NCBI RefSeq assembly: GCF_036321535.1
Contig: NC_087436.1
Span: forward strand, 92,382,001-92,446,000
Length of the DNA stretch: 64,000 nt
Source: Camelus dromedarius
Lineage: Eukaryota
Direction of reading: 5' to 3'
Part shown: in pieces, positions 1 through 14,469 of the stretch
Layout of the letters: each line of letters starts with the position of its first letter
Position numbering within the stretch: the first letter of the stretch is position 1
The notes under the pieces: generated by a model
Databases searched by the model: none
Told to the model about the DNA's origin: nothing
The model's input: the letters and a program-made list of their open reading frames with translations, nothing else
Program-made: the position numbers and the translations under genes

Positions 1-2039
1 AATCTCTTCAGAGAATGTGGACGAGTGGGGAACTGAGGACTTCCCTGTTGTCTTTTGTGTTAAGACCCCAAGCAGACTGTTGCTTAACTTGACCTTTGTA
101 GACACGTTCGTGCAGGAGACCTCTGTGCAATGTCAGTTTGTTGCACAAGAGATTTTTGCCTTCAAGTTGTCTTTGTAAGTAAGGGTCTGCGTAGTGGACC
201 AATTGATGCTTTAACGTGGCTCTGTTGGTTTTCCTTCTCGGCCTGTTTCAAAGTCAGAGTTCAGTCAGTTGCACTCTTAACCTTGTTGGTGAACTGAAGT
301 TCCTCTTCAGGGCTTACTCCCACCTAGAAATTGCAGCATACTGCCTTTTCTGTGGTTTCTCTGTCTTCTGTGACAGCGGTGGTGCCCATTGTCCTTTTGG
401 ACAACTTGCCTCTTGTTACACACTTCAAGAAGTGGCTTGATTGCTCAGGAACGGCCCCAGTGGTAGACGAGTTCGATTGCAGGGCTGGCGGCTTCTCTCA
501 GAGAAGCCAAGCCGGCACCTGTACCCGTATGATGAGTCCTGAGAGACTGACAGTTGCTCCAGGGCCTTTGATCTGATCAGCGGATTCCCAAGGGACTCTA
601 ACAGAATGTTTTCATTTCGAGAAAGAAAACCCATTACAACAAAGCTGTTCAGTAGCATCCTGCTAAGTAAAGGCAGGTCACACTTGAGGTGCTGAGCCCT
701 CCCATGCATGCTGTCAGACTAATTAGCCTGTGTGGAAACTGTGGCAGGTGTGTTTGGGGAACTGGGGAGAAGTGGAGGAGCTTTGCATTTAAAAGAAGGA
801 GCTGTTAAAGCGTCATAAGACAGGCCATTGTCAGCTCTGTCCTTGCATGCTCTGTCCCCTCTGTCCCTACCAGGCTTCACTAATCACCTCCTCCGTGGCT
901 TCCCTTCTTGACCTCTTACACTCCAAAGTTGTAAAGTAGGTGTACTTTTGGCGCAAGAAAGCTAAAAATTCAGCAAAGGACCCGGCATTTTTCCTTGTTT
1001 CCTCTACACCTGGTTCGAGCCAGGTCAGAGGAAGTCAGCGGTTAAAAAATAACTAGGTTACTGTTTTAGTCACCAGCATGTGACGTGGTCTATTTTAATT
1101 GTTCTCCAGTTGGCCACTTAGGAACCAGTTCAGAAGTAGAAACAACAATGAACTGTAACCGACTTTTATCCTTGACCAGTATTCAAGCCTTGATTTGTAT
1201 GTTGTGAGTTGATTTTCAACTTCACCAGAATTCTGCATTGTTCTCCATATCCTAAGATGGGTCTAGCCGCAGATTTGAAGAAGCTGTGCACTTCGAGCTT
1301 TTATTTCTGTGTTCCAGTTTCGTATTTCAAAAACAAATGAATTGGGGTTGGGGGAGGGGGCTGTGGATAGAAACATATCCTTAGTTCTAAGAAGCCTCCA
1401 GGAAAGCTGATGCTACAGGTCTCTGGACAACCTGTTGAGTAGCAAGGTTCTGTGCTATATCCAGAGATGTGTTGCTCTGCTTAGTTAGAATTCTAACTCA
1501 GAGTAGGACATAAAGGTAATTTACACTTGGAATAATCCAGGCCATGGAAGCTTTCAGAATAAATACCAAATGCCCATCAGATGGACAAAATTCAGATGGC
1601 TGATAGCAATTTGTGCCTTTCTGAGTTCATAGTCAGTGGAACCTCACGTAGTGCTGGTGACAGTGTGGATCGCAGCAGGGAAGTCATGTAGTTGTGTATG
1701 ATGAAAGTATAAATGCAAATGCCCTCGAGCTAGCAGCACTCTTTGGGGACCCTCTCCTGTGGAATATAATCATGTGGATATATTTCAGTGTTGTTTGAGG
1801 TGGTAGAAAAAAATAGAAGTCAGAATTTCCATCAACAGGAGGATAGTTGACTATACTATGATACAGCTGTTGTGTAAAACAGAGCTGTTTTGCAGCTGGA
1901 CTGGAATCGCTCTCTGCTTGTCTCAGGGACATTGGGAATTGTGATGCCCAACCTTGGCCACGAGCAAGACGAGATGGACTCCCTGGTGAATTAACACGCT
2001 GTGTAGGGTTTGAAACTCCCTGGAGCATCTGAAACTAGC

Positions 2040-2390
2040 CTCTCTGCTCAGTTTAAGGATGTATATAGATTGATGGCTTACCTGGTTTTACCTGTTACAT
2101 AGCCTAGCTTATCTCATTGGCTAGAGGGTATAAAAGACCCCCTGGAAGCTTTTCCCCAGGCTTCCCTGAAATAAAGATTTATTGTGCATATCATAGAGGT
2201 TCAAAATTCTTGCCCTAGGTGGATGGAAAGGGACCCCAGGGGACTGTGCCTAGAAATTTCCAGGCCCCTGATGCTTACCTAGGCTTTTGTTTTCCTGCTG
2301 TACCATATCCTCTACTTTGATTAAAGCTTTTTATGAATACACCCTGGGGAGTCTTGTGAGTCTATTCAATTATCTGACCCATCGTACACT
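2040..2390 (+). mobile_element. Degraded LTR, probably ERVL/MER21-like
   Basis: TATAAAA at ~2129, AATAAA and ATTAAA downstream, 3' gagtcttgtgagtct motif; family and ends uncertain. Confidence 0.4.
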
Positions 2391-3349
2391 GGATTGTTTT
2401 TCAAAAACAAGCCGTCTTTATACTTTGTCCTGAAAGTATCTTTTGTTAAGTGGGAAACCAAGTTGCAGAGAAATACATTTTTAAAAAGAAAGAAAACAAA
2501 TATGCACATGTTTGTCCAGGGAAAGGTATGTGAAGGGTGCATCAGTTAGCATTCCTTACCTTGAGAAAGTGCCGTGAGATGAGGAAATCTCAGCTTTTCC
2601 TTTATGTAAATCCTGTTGGCTTGTACATTGTTGGCTGAATACGTATTTAAAAGTTTCTTAGACATGTACATTTTGCAGTAAGCTGTATTTTCCAGTGTAT
2701 GTCTTCAGTGATGAGCAGAGAGGAACCGTTTAGTTGGAGAATAGGGGAGAAGAGAGTAGCTGGATGTACTGTTTGGGTGGAGGCAGACATCCCCTAGGGG
2801 ATGGGGGGACAGGTTAATTAATAGAGGGAGAAAAGTGCAGAAGGGTCAGTTAGGGGGAGGTAGATAGGGTTCAATGTGCATAGAGAAGCCATCTGAGCAG
2901 GGTTGAGGGGAATGAGCAGATAACGAAGATGGAGAAGTGAAGCAGATTTGGATGGTTTCCGTGGAAATGCCGCAGGCTGCCACCCTTCTTCGTGGAGCAA
3001 AGATTCCCTGGCACGGTCTGCTGAGTTTGGGCAGCCTGTTGTGACATCTCCCATCCTGGCAAGTGGCACCCAGTAGAGTGATTCCAGACTATTTTTAGAT
3101 GTGAACGGACAAACATCTTGGAAGTGGCAGCATTTCACAGAGGGCTAGTTCAGATTTCAGAGCTGGATAGGGTGGCCCAGAGCTGACATCAGAGGACGTT
3201 CATGTCCCAAACACATAAGAACATTAGTGCATCTAACTGTTGTGTAACTGCTTCCAGTGGCTCACACTGGAGTCATTTTAGGAACTTATAAAACTGAGGA
3301 GTCTATTTTAAGCAAATGTTTAAATAGTTCATTGGCATCATTTTATGTA

Positions 3350-3945
3350 GCTTTTTTAAATAGAGCTATAATTCACATACCATAAAATTCATTATTTTCA
3401 AGTATATAGTTCAGTGTTTTTCAGTGTATTCACAGTTATGCACCCATCGCCACTATCTGATTCTGGAATATTTTCATTACCCCAAGAAAGAAACCCCATA
3501 CATATAAACTGTCAGTCCCCACTGTCCCCTTCCATGAGCCCCTAACAACCACGAATCTACATTCTGTCTCTATGAATTTTTCTATTCTGGGTATTTTCTA
3601 TAAATGGGATCATACAATATGTAACGTTTTGTATCTGCTTCTTTCACTTAGCATATCTTCAATATTCATCCATATTATAGCATGTATCAGCATTTCATTC
3701 CTTTTTATGGCTGAATAATATTCTGTTGTATGGGTATACCTCTTTTGTTTATCCATTAATTGGTTGATGGACATTTGTGTTGTTTCCACTTTTTGCCTAT
3801 TATGAATAATGCTGCAATGAACATTTGTGTATAAGTTTTTGTGTGTACATATGTTTTCAGTTCTCTTGGATATACACTTAGATGTGGAATTTCTGTATCT
3901 CATGATAGCTCTGTGCTTAACTTTTTGAGGAAATGCCAAAGTGTT
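3350..3945 (-). mobile_element. LINE-1 3' fragment (L1MB-like, ORF2 C-terminus plus 3'UTR)
   Basis: Minus translation EYYSAIKRNEMLIHAIIWMNIEDMLSERS is typical of the L1 ORF2 end. Confidence 0.88.
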
Positions 3946-4079
3946 TTCCTATTGTTTTATACATTGTATATATATTGTTTTTAACATGAGATCTACTAGG
4001 AGCGGGGTTGTATATTTCATAAATCTGTATAACTATACCATGGCTTCATATAGTCCCAAACACATAGCAACATCAGTGG

Positions 4080-4620
4080 ATCCAGCTTTCCATCCAGCAG
4101 GTGTTGACCGAACACTTTTGTGTTCCTGCATTGTAATGCTGGGAACATAGCAGTGAACAGAATAGAAAAAATTCCTGTTGTCACAGATCTTGGAGTCTAG
4201 GGGAGAAGAAAATCTTTAGTAAATCCTCTCTCAACTAAATATATAGTAAAACTGTCACAAGTGCTCTGAAGGAGAAGTGTAGGAAGCTCACTTAGACTTG
4301 AGGGGAGTGGTAAAAGAGTAGTGTCAAAAAATGTCCCCTGAGAAAGTGGTGTTAAAGCTGAGATCTGGAAGACGTATGGAAGTTATCTAGGTGAGGATGG
4401 AGGAAAAGTGTGTGCCAGTCATGGAAACGTGTGCATAGGATTTGAGGCTGGGAAGAGCAAGCTGCTTTCATCAGGGTGGACACAGGACAGGGGCAGAGGG
4501 TCATGATGGAGAGGAGGCAGGTGCTGCTTCGTCAGAAACCTTCTAGATGTTTGAACTTCATTTTACCAGCCAAGAGAAGCCAGTTGAAGAGTTCTAAGCA
4601 AGGAGTGACCTAGTCTTGTA
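4080..4620 (-). mobile_element. LINE-2 fragment
   Basis: gctgggaacatagcagtgaacag and cctgagaaagtggtgttaaagctgagatct resemble antisense L2. Confidence 0.65.
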
Positions 4621-5089
4621 TATGTATGTGTGTAGAGATATATGCATTTAATCCATGTATACATAATAATCCATAATTGTACTTATATGTAAAATCATTG
4701 TACTTAGCCATTATAGCTATGCCATAGAAACTAAATTAAATCAAGAGCGAATGCAGGAAACTGGTGTTGAGGCTAATTCAGAGCTCCATTTGGGAGTAGG
4801 AGTGCTTGAAGTAGGGATGCTGGGGTTGGTGATGGTGGAGGAGATAAAAGTTGGCAGGATTTGAGATGCTTAGGGCATGAAATCAACAGGATATTTTTAG
4901 TAGTAAAAACTATTCGTGATTTCCAAAGGTTTTTTTGTTTCTTTGCATAAGAACAGCAGAGTTTAAAAATAGTGGGATAAACTGTGAGGCATATGTGCAT
5001 AATAGAACTGCCAAAAATCATAATTCAGCATTGTTAACAAACAGAAATTAAGTTTATTAGAAAGTATTGCTGCAAAAACAAAACCAAAA

Positions 5090-6840
5090 AACCCTACCTG
5101 AGTAAGTGAATTTAACAAAATTACACAATGACAAAGTCATTGTATGAAAGTTTAATGCATTTCTATATACTACCAGTGACTAACTGGAAAATGGGGTAAA
5201 AAATATAAGAAAAAGATCATCAAATATCAAAAATTAAATCTAATGAAAGAGCCAAACACTGTTAACTACAAAAACGTACTGGTGAAAATTTATGAAGACA
5301 TAAATAAATAAATGGGGAGGTATAGCCTGCCCATGAATTGAAAGAATCAAGCTCCAAGTCAAAGTCCCAGGAGTCTGGGGGATTTTTCTTTTCTTTTCTT
5401 TTTTTTAAAGAATTAACAATTTCATTCTTAAATCACATGGAAATGCAAAGAACTCGAAATGAGTATGTTTTCAAATTAGAGTTTTTGTCTTTTTTGGATA
5501 GATGCCTAGGAGTGGGATTGCTGGATCATATGATAGCTTTCTTTTTGATTTTTGAAGGAATCTCCATACTGTTTTCCATAGTAGTTACACCAGTTTACAT
5601 CCCCACCCACAGTGTAGGAGGGCTCCCTTTTCTCCACACTCTCTCCAGCATTTATTATCTGTAGACTTTTTGATGATGGCCATTCTGACTGGTGTGAGGT
5701 GACACCTCATTGTGGTTTTGATTGGCGTTTCTCTCACAATCAGGAATGCTGAGCATCTTTTCATGTGATCGTAGCAGCACTGTTTACGATAGCCAAGACG
5801 TGGAAGCAACCTAAATGCCCATCACCAGACAACTGGTTTAAGAAGATGAATATGTGTGTGTGTATATATATACATGTGCACACAATGGCATATTAAAGAG
5901 TGAAATATTGCCATTTGCAGCAACATGGGTGGGCCTAGAGATTATCATACTAAATGAACTAAGTCAGGCAGAGAAAGACAAATCTTATATGATATCACTT
6001 ATATGTGGAATCTAAACAATAATACAAATGAATCTATATACAAAACAGAAACAGACTCACAGAAAACAAACTTAAGATTCCCAAAGGGGAAAGGGATGGG
6101 GAGGAAGGATAGATTAGGAGTATTGAATTAAAAGATACAAACTGCTATATGTAAAATAGATAAACAACAAGGATTTACTGTTTAGCATAGGAAGCTGTAT
6201 TTAATCTCTTGTAATAACCTATAATAGAAAAGAATCTGGGAAATATATACATGTATAGCTGAATCACTTTGCTGTATACCTGAAACTAATACAACATTGT
6301 GAATCAGCTATTCTTCAATTGAGAAAAATTGATTCCAGAAAAAAACCCTCCCCCCAAAAATAGCCAAAACAATATTAAAAAAGAACAACATAGGATGGCT
6401 GTCTGACTTCAAAACTTGCCATGAAGTTACAGTGATCAAGGTGGTGTGTACTGGTGTGAAAATATGTAAACTGATGAGTGGAATAAATACAGAATCCGTA
6501 AGTTGATCTACCGTAGGACTGTGTCAATTTAATGGGGGAAAGAAACATCTTTTAAACAGAATCTCAGATATCTTGATTGAAAGCTCAGTACAAAAATGCA
6601 TACATCGTGTGTGATTCGGGGTATATGAAATGCAAAACTAATCTATGGTGAGTAATTTATATTTGCCCCAGGGGGTGGGGGTAGGTTGTAAAGGGACAGG
6701 AGGAGTCTCTCTGGAGTTGTATCTTGTTTTGAGTGGTGGATTCACAGGTGTTTACAGCTTTTAAAACTCATTGAACAGAACACTTAAGGTCTACACATTT
6801 CGTTGTAAGTTTTACCTCGATTAACAGAAGAAAACCTCAT
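5090..6840 (+). mobile_element. Old L1M fragments interrupted at ~5461-6355 by a younger L1
   Basis: L1 ORF2-like host text atggaaatgcaaagaactcgaaat resumes after the insert as agccaaaacaatattaaaaaagaac. Confidence 0.7.
5461..6355 (+). mobile_element. 5'-truncated, 5'-inverted L1 (inverted arm ~5461-5767, forward arm ~5768-6345)
   Basis: Minus arm encodes [33 protein letters not shown]; plus arm starts at AALFTIAKTWKQPKCP and runs through the 3'UTR to an A-rich tail. Confidence 0.85.
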
Positions 6841-8892
6841 AAGCTTGAGCCAGGTGCCATACATACAGGAAGCAGGCTGCGTGTATAAAGCAGAAGCAAA
6901 CCACAAGTGGTGATGGAGTGGTGAGCCCCATCCAAAAGAGTGGCCACCGCTCCGTCCAGCCGCTGTCACAGTGCAGGAATGGACTGACCTGAGCTTCCCA
7001 GATAAGCCTGAAGGCTTCATTTTCATGTCAAACCTCTTGATTTTAGAAATATTGGACACTGATTTTTTTAAAAAACCGAAGTATTTCAATGGGGAATGTT
7101 TACTAATATGAGATGAGATTAGAAGAAAATAAATGGCAATAAAGAGCTCTAGATACTGCTGAACAGGATCTTTTTTCTCATGTAAATAGATGCAAATTTC
7201 AGCCCCATCGTTCAGAGTCGGGTAATCTTGGTTGTTATGGAGGACTTAATACTGCAGCCACCGGGGTCAGTGATTAAAGGGCAGAGTCCTATAATTTGTT
7301 CTTTATTCTTTGTAGCAACTGATTTTGAGGAAGGTACTGCGAGACAGTGATGGAGGTGGCCTCTGTACCTAGGGCGTTTTTACTCTGAGTCTCATGCTCT
7401 GAACCCCTGTGACTCCAGGAACAACATTAGGGAGCCCTTTTATTCCTGGCATCACTTTGGACAAGTTCTGCAGCAGTTCAAGTTTTGTGTATTAGAAAAT
7501 AGGGATCAGTTGTAGATGCCCAGGGCTCAGGTCCTTGACCCCTAAACCATGCGAATACTATAAAAATTAGAACTTTAACCTATTCATAGAGTTACAGGTA
7601 CTGCCCTGGAAATAGTTCAGTGTTAGCTCTTCAGCTTGGAATGATCATTATTATTTAAATCAATGAAGTTGATTCGCCAAAACCCACTGTAAGATATTCA
7701 TCGTTGCATTTGTTTATCTGCTTAGCAAGCACTGGAGTGTCTGATGTGCCAGGAGTTCTAGGAAGTGCTAGACGTACAGAAATGAATAAAACACAGTCCC
7801 CAGGGCTCAGGGGATTTTGAAACACAAAAAGGTTATATTTAGATTAACATAATTTAAATTGTAACACTGGTTTCCAGACCTGTAATTAGCGTTAGATCTG
7901 CCCTTGAGCATTTTGAGGATTATTCTCACTGTGATTTACTTCAGACGGTTCAGCATCTGTCTCCTCCAGCATCACAAGAAACTGAATCTAATGTTTTCAT
8001 TCCTTTAAATTATTCATCTTGCAAAATGTTAATTCAGTAGCTACTTCGTGCCAGGAACTGTGCTGTTTCCAGGGACTACTGTGTTAAACAAAGCAAATAT
8101 TAGCTTAGCCCTTGGAATTTGCTGTCAGGGTAATTTGTTGACTGACCTTGACTTATTCCTTTTTTTAAGTACTAAGTCCTTAAGTAAGTGCTACCTACTT
8201 CACATTACTCTCTTTCCTGTTTTATCTTTTAGTGTCTACTAGTATATAAGTATTATGCCGCAGACACATTTTGGGGGAAAAAAAGATATATTGAGTAACT
8301 TTACTATTGGGAAGCAGTAGTAAACACTAAGAAATATCAACCCCCCATCATAATTTAATAGGAGCCTCTTCTTTCATTTCTCCTCCGTCAACCAAAAAGA
8401 AACATTTGCTATTTTGCATTATTATAAAGCTAAAGGTACAGATTTTTTAATCTGTTGGATTGTGTGTTAAATTTTTACTAACCAATTTGAAATCCATTCC
8501 TTCTAGACTTGTAAATCTTTTTTTTTTTTAACATTGCTGCTGTTACAGCTTCTGAGATACATTTTAAGCTTGTCACTCCCCTTTTCAAGTCATTTTTATA
8601 GCTTTCTCCTCCAGCCAAGCCCTGTAATTCTTCCTTGTGCTGAAGAAAGCCCCTAGCCGACACCAGCAAGATTACCATTAGTAATGTTTTATTGTGGGAT
8701 CTAAAATGTGCATTGGTTGCTTCTCTGTATAGTTTTACATATCCCTGCTGTCATAATTCTTTTTAAACCTGAAAAAAGTATTACTAGTTAATTTATTTGA
8801 AGCTGTTCATCCAAAATGATCATTTCATCAGAGGTGGGCTTTGGATAAGTAATTAAAATTGTTCTTAAAGCTGTCACCTTTTCTCTTTCCAG

Positions 8893-8933
8893 TTTTGAGA
8901 AATGGTGCTTGGGAAATTGTGCACTGGGAAAAG
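8893..8933 (+). CDS. ATP8A1: ATP8A1 exon ~6 (41 nt), (V)LRNGAWEIVHWEK
   Basis: ttctctttccag acceptor, AAG|gtatgc donor; ends in phase 0. Confidence 0.95.
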
Positions 8934-10479
8934 GTATGCACTGATTTTTATTTTGTTATTGATTTTATTTTGTTGTTATTTTGTTAGAAATGCATAGAGG
9001 TGTATTCTAGTAGATATAATTTTTGTATATAATATAAGCAAATGTCAAGAATTCCACTAATATAAAAGCTATTTAGTAATTAATGTTGTAGACATACATA
9101 GAATCTTCAGTTAGTGACTTCCATTTAATAATTCTGCAATGTATTAGAAAGACTGTTAAAATAATATTTGGAACTTTTTGTTTCTTTCATAGTGTATTTT
9201 GAGTACTGTTTTCATAGATTACATTTAACCATGGGCTGTTTTTGTTGTAATTTTTTGCTTTAATCATCTACTGTCCAAGTAAAGTAAAAATTAGATTCTG
9301 ATATTTCACATTTGTATATTTTACTTCAAATTTATATACTGCAACTAATCACATTTGCACATCGTTAATTCATTTTTTAAAAAAGTCTTACTAACATTGT
9401 CTTATAATGAGCTGGAAATCAGTTCCACAGCATCAAGAGGTTAATTTGCTGATAGGACCTCTTAACATGGCAGCTAGTGAGTTGAGTCGTGATTTAACAG
9501 AAGTTATCCAAGTGTTCATATGCTTTTCAGGCCTCAGTTTCAAAAGGTAAGCAATAATTGTTAGATCGCCCTTAGTTCTGGAAGACCATTCTGGTCACCA
9601 AGTATGTAACCTTCATAACTTGGTAAGAGCCTTTTGGAGGCAAGGCCTTTCTACTCAGGGGCTCTGTTTTCTGAGATCACTAGGACAACAGAGGTGTCGT
9701 CTACTCTCAGTTTATTTGCACTCCAGTATTTCCAAGCAAGTTAAAGACCATGTCCTTGATGCTGCCTTGTGGTGTTCCTAGTCACCTCATATCCCCCCAG
9801 GGACCAGGAGTCCCTCTAAATTAATTGCATTTTTGTTGATTTTACATCAGTGACCAGAATAGAGATTGACATCTCCTTTTTTGGATATTTGAAAACTCAC
9901 AGCTCTCTCTCTCTTTGGTCTTTGACATAAAAATAAGAAAGAGGAAAAAACTTGGTGTCTTTGTATTTCTTTGATAGTCACCTGTTTTTCAGCGGAGCAA
10001 GATTAAAAAAAACAAAAAAGCTCAATTTACTGTTTCAGAAGAACTTTCTTATATGCTCTTGTATGGTGCTTATGGATTTAAATAGTTTAGAGGATAGAAT
10101 CAAGTATGACAGATTGAATTATAACTGTATTTCATTTACTAGGTTTGTCTGGGTAATTAACATAAATGCATATCCTAGTCAGTTGGTGTATCCATCTCTC
10201 CTTACCTGGAGTGCTTGTTGTAAAGCCAGGAGATAACCATCTACTACTTCACCCTAAAATTAACCTGTTAAAATGCCTTATTTTCCTAATAGGCAGTCAT
10301 TATTCTAAAACTGGATTATTTTAACTCTTACTTTTTCCATTTTTCACTGACAAAAAACATTATATTACCAGCCCATGATTACCTGTGATGACAGTGTTCT
10401 CAGTTATCTCAGAGATCCATGCCACGCCTTACCTGGGCACCCCACTTTGAGATACAAAGGGGTAGAGTTTAAAGTGTTG

Positions 10480-11870
10480 CCAAAAGTCATCCAGCCAAAA
10501 TGAGCTGATAACACTTAATAACTAGAATTAGACACTTAATTAGAATTAATAAAAGTTGGTTCAGTGACAAATTCAAGATAAATATTCAGAAATTGACATC
10601 ACTCTTTTTCCAGCAATAGAAATTTAGAAAAATACAGTGAAAAAGAGATCTCATTCCTGGTGGCACATGGGATGCGTACAAGTAAACTTGGAATGTGTCT
10701 ATGACTTTTGTAAAGAAAACTTCAAAACTTAAGGTGTTAAAGTTTCATATAAATGTACAAGTATATCATATTCCTAGGAAAACATCACCAGTTGTTCAAA
10801 AAATAATGATATAACCTATCTTTTTTTTCCCTCAAGAGTTGACTATTCATTGTAATTTTAAAAATAAACATTTAAGAAAGTAGAAGAATATTTTGGAAAA
10901 ATAAGAACTATGTGCAAGGATTAAATGTAAGTGAAATGGGAAGTAGAAGTTATTAAAATAGTTTGGAAGAGTTGACATTGATGAATAGTGTAAAGGAGAG
11001 TAGAATAGAATAGGATACCCTGAAATAAATCCCATTTAATATTTGCTAAACAAGGCAAAAATCACTGAAAAAAGGGTTATTTAATCATGTTGGGACCACA
11101 GATGAGCAGTTTCAAGATATAATACAGTTTATATCTAAGTGACATCTTAGCTTATTATCTAAGTCATATTTGAACCTGTGCTGAAATAAATTCCAACTGG
11201 CTAGAAGAAAATGTTAAAACATTGTTTTTGAAAAGCATACAAATAGAATAAAGACTTTCATAAATATCTGGAGAAGAGCAAGATCTCAAGGATCTATGGA
11301 ATTTGATTATATAAAATTTTACACACATAACACAAATAGGCAGAGAGAACATAGAAATATTTGCACCAAATATAACAAAAGATTAAAATCATTGTTATCT
11401 GAATAGAAAACGGAAAATTGCCATCAGCAAGAAGTATAATAAACAACCAGACTCAGTGAAATATTCAACCTAATAGTAAAAGTTGTAAATTTAAATAATA
11501 TTGAGGTCTCATTTGCTATCTAGTCAGGGAAAAGACTCATATTTGAAAAATTTTATGAAATATTTTATTCACATACTGTTGTGGATTAGCAGCTTAAGTC
11601 TTCATACTGAGAATCACAAAAAAAAAAAAAGGATTCTGGGAATTTATCCCAAGAAAATAATCATGAAGTAGGGAAATATATGTACATGTATAAAAGTTAC
11701 CTTTGTAGCATTATTTATAATAGTAAAACATTAGAATACATGAATATCCAACAGTAGAGAAAGCATTTTATAAATAAATTAGTGACATTCTACACTCTAG
11801 TCAATTTTATGACAAGTAAAAGCTGGAATTTCAAATACTGTGGCAACATACAGAAAAATTTTCTATCATC
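10480..11870 (+). mobile_element. Ancient, highly degraded L1 (L1ME-like)
   Basis: A-rich with L1 ORF2 remnants (ttagaattaataaaagtt, ctgggaatttatcccaagaaaataatc, agcattatttataatagtaaaac). Confidence 0.6.
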
Positions 11871-12897
11871 ATTCAACTCAAAATACTTTTTGAGTGTCCA
11901 TGCCAAGCAGTGAGCTCAACAACAGCAAGCGAGACATACGAGGGTTCCTGTGTCGTAAAATAATCAGAGGTGAAAAGAACAGGACCGTGCATGCTAAGAT
12001 GCTGGCATGTGGAAGTGGTTTATTAGCACTGAGTGCAGGCTGACTTGTGTCAGCCCAATTGCAAGGCAGGTCTCTTCCTTTAGCTTATATAATATTTTGT
12101 GCAATTCAAAATAAAATCAATAAACTGAAACCAAGAGTCTGACCCACATGCCAAAGTAATATGATAAACCTTGGTGCAGATGGCTTTAGTTCAGGGTTCT
12201 TTCTTCCTTGGCCTTTCTGAATGTGTGGCTACTGTAGTTCCTTTGTAATGTTTCTCAAAGGACCTACCAATCTGCACAGTGTACCTCCAGTCAGTCACAG
12301 ACAGGCAGACTTCAGCTCTCAAAACACTAACCGTTCATCCTAGTTACTGCTCTGAAGCCTTTGCTCTGTTGCACAAGGTTACGTTGCCAGTATCTGGTTT
12401 TCTAAAAAAATATTACAGTGACAAAGCCCAATACAAGGTGTTGCGTCCCCACTCTTGAAAGTAAACAGCTCTGTTCATTACTCTTACCACAAAGGTCAGT
12501 TCTTCAAGGTGAGATGCAGCTGACTGTTTACAGGTTTTTGAGATAGCTGCAGGTGGAGAATTTAGGTAAAGCATCTTAGAATCAACACATTTTTCTGGCT
12601 TTGCAGAGAAACATGGAGCAGTGGGCTGTACATATGTGTAAAAGTCACTCTGTAAAGCTGCTTTACTGCATGCAGTTTCCACCATGAAAAACCTTTCTTT
12701 GGATTAAGAATTCATATCTCCAAAAATTCCTTACTAAAAATATAAATATGCTGTGGCCTGCAATTGGACAAATCAGATTTTCAGTCAGTCTATTGCAGTT
12801 TGATAAGCTTACCCTTTTTCATAATCCTTGATTGTAGTTACTAATGTCAATTACTTGAGAAGGCTCAGGGTATTGGCCTGAAGCCCTAAATATTTTT

Positions 12898-13013
12898 GTT
12901 TTGTTTGGGGGTGATTAGGTTTATTTATTTATTTTAATGGAGGTACTGGGAACTGAACCCAGGACCTCTTGCATGCTGAGCACGCACTCTACCACTGAGC
13001 TATACCCTCCCCA
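12898..13013 (-). mobile_element. tRNA-derived SINE, vic-1-like (camelid)
   Basis: Reverse complement ggggagggtaTAGCTCAGTGGtagag...GGTTCAGTTCCc has Pol III A and B boxes and an AT-rich tail; 12-bp TSD ctaaatattttt at 12886-12897 and 13014-13025. Confidence 0.88.
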
Positions 13014-14469
13014 CTAAATATTTTTATAACTTCTGTATTTTGAGGACGAAAACTGCTTTGTCATGATGTTCCTCCAATTAGAACATGTGGTCAAAAAATT
13101 TTTGCCATCTTGGCTTTCTCTTCTGTCTGTCCTTATGCACACACCAGACTGGAAAGGAGAATAAATGACATATTAGGAGCTCAGAATCCAAAAGAAAGAG
13201 ATGCTTGGATATGTTTGAGAAAGTGAACTAAAGCATAGGCATCAGGAGGGGGAAGTAAGCTCCCTGCTTTCCTCACAGAGCTGGGAGGGCTATTTAGCAT
13301 TCAGTGAGCCCTTGGTTTTCCCAGGCCACTGAGGTAACCACATCAGACCATATAAGATGCTAATATTTTCTTTTAATCTTCAGCTAATAACCATAAGCCT
13401 GTATTTTTTTCTTTTTGGTCTTACTGTGAATAAAGATGTTGGAAGACAGTGCAATTAGAGTCTAACAGACTTACGAAAACCCCTTAACACTGTCGTGTAG
13501 ACAGATAGGATCCCGATTGTATGAAGCATGTAGTCTGATGGGAGAGCAAACATTAAGGCAATGGAAGTGATTAAAGAGCAGTCAGATGGTAACCTGGGTG
13601 GTGTTCTCTCTAAGTGCCGGGGCTGCAGAGAACTTTGGTAGCACCCACTAAAAGCAAGATTAAAACAGGGTACTCTTACAACACATTACTTTAAGGGCCA
13701 GTTTATGCCCAGTCTTGCTGTTTTTTATTTCCCCAGTTGCCCTTTTTGGAGAAAGGGAGTTTTTGATTCCAAGGTCCCTGACAATTTATCAATTTCAGAT
13801 AATCCAGATTTCATCTGAAATAAATCTCTTTTGAATCAAGGCATGCAGAGTTTTCCTACCTGGATAACCAACAGATATACCGTAGATGAGAAGGTCCCCT
13901 CCAACCTTCCCCACCCTATTTCTCCCCTGGTATCGCAAGTAGACCACAGTGGGCTGTCTCTGCAGTGACTTCTTACTGTGACTCCCGCTGAGGACATCAT
14001 TCTCTCCTTCCCGCTCCCCCCAATAAGGTGTTATTTTAGGGGTCAAGGAAGAGTAGGAAGGGGGAAGAACAAAAAGCTTTTAACCAAAAAAAAAAAAAGG
14101 GCTTTTCTTCTCTTGATTAATTATTAAAACTTGTTTTGGGGTTCATTTGGCTCCTAAGAGTGGGGCAATATATTTTTTCATAATATGATGGGAGTATGGC
14201 TATCAGTGTAGCTTGCTCCTCTCGGCTTGGTCAGCAAGCCAAATTGTTACTTGGTTGGAGTTGTATTGTTTGCCAACAGCTCTGTGGCAGACCTATCCCT
14301 TAAGTTCCTTCTAAGTTTCTGAACATAGTATGTCTTTAATTTGTCTTCAGGCCATGCTCACAAAAATGCTAACAGGTAGTAAAATGAGAAAGACACCAAG
14401 CTGTTGTGTTTTGTCTTTTTTAATTTAAAATACAGTAATCATTTCACTATATTTGCTTATACAAAATCG

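Noticed and set aside
12930..13012. tRNA-like sequence with A and B boxes
   Set aside because: Has a SINE tail and TSDs and a second diverged copy; it is a SINE, not a tRNA gene
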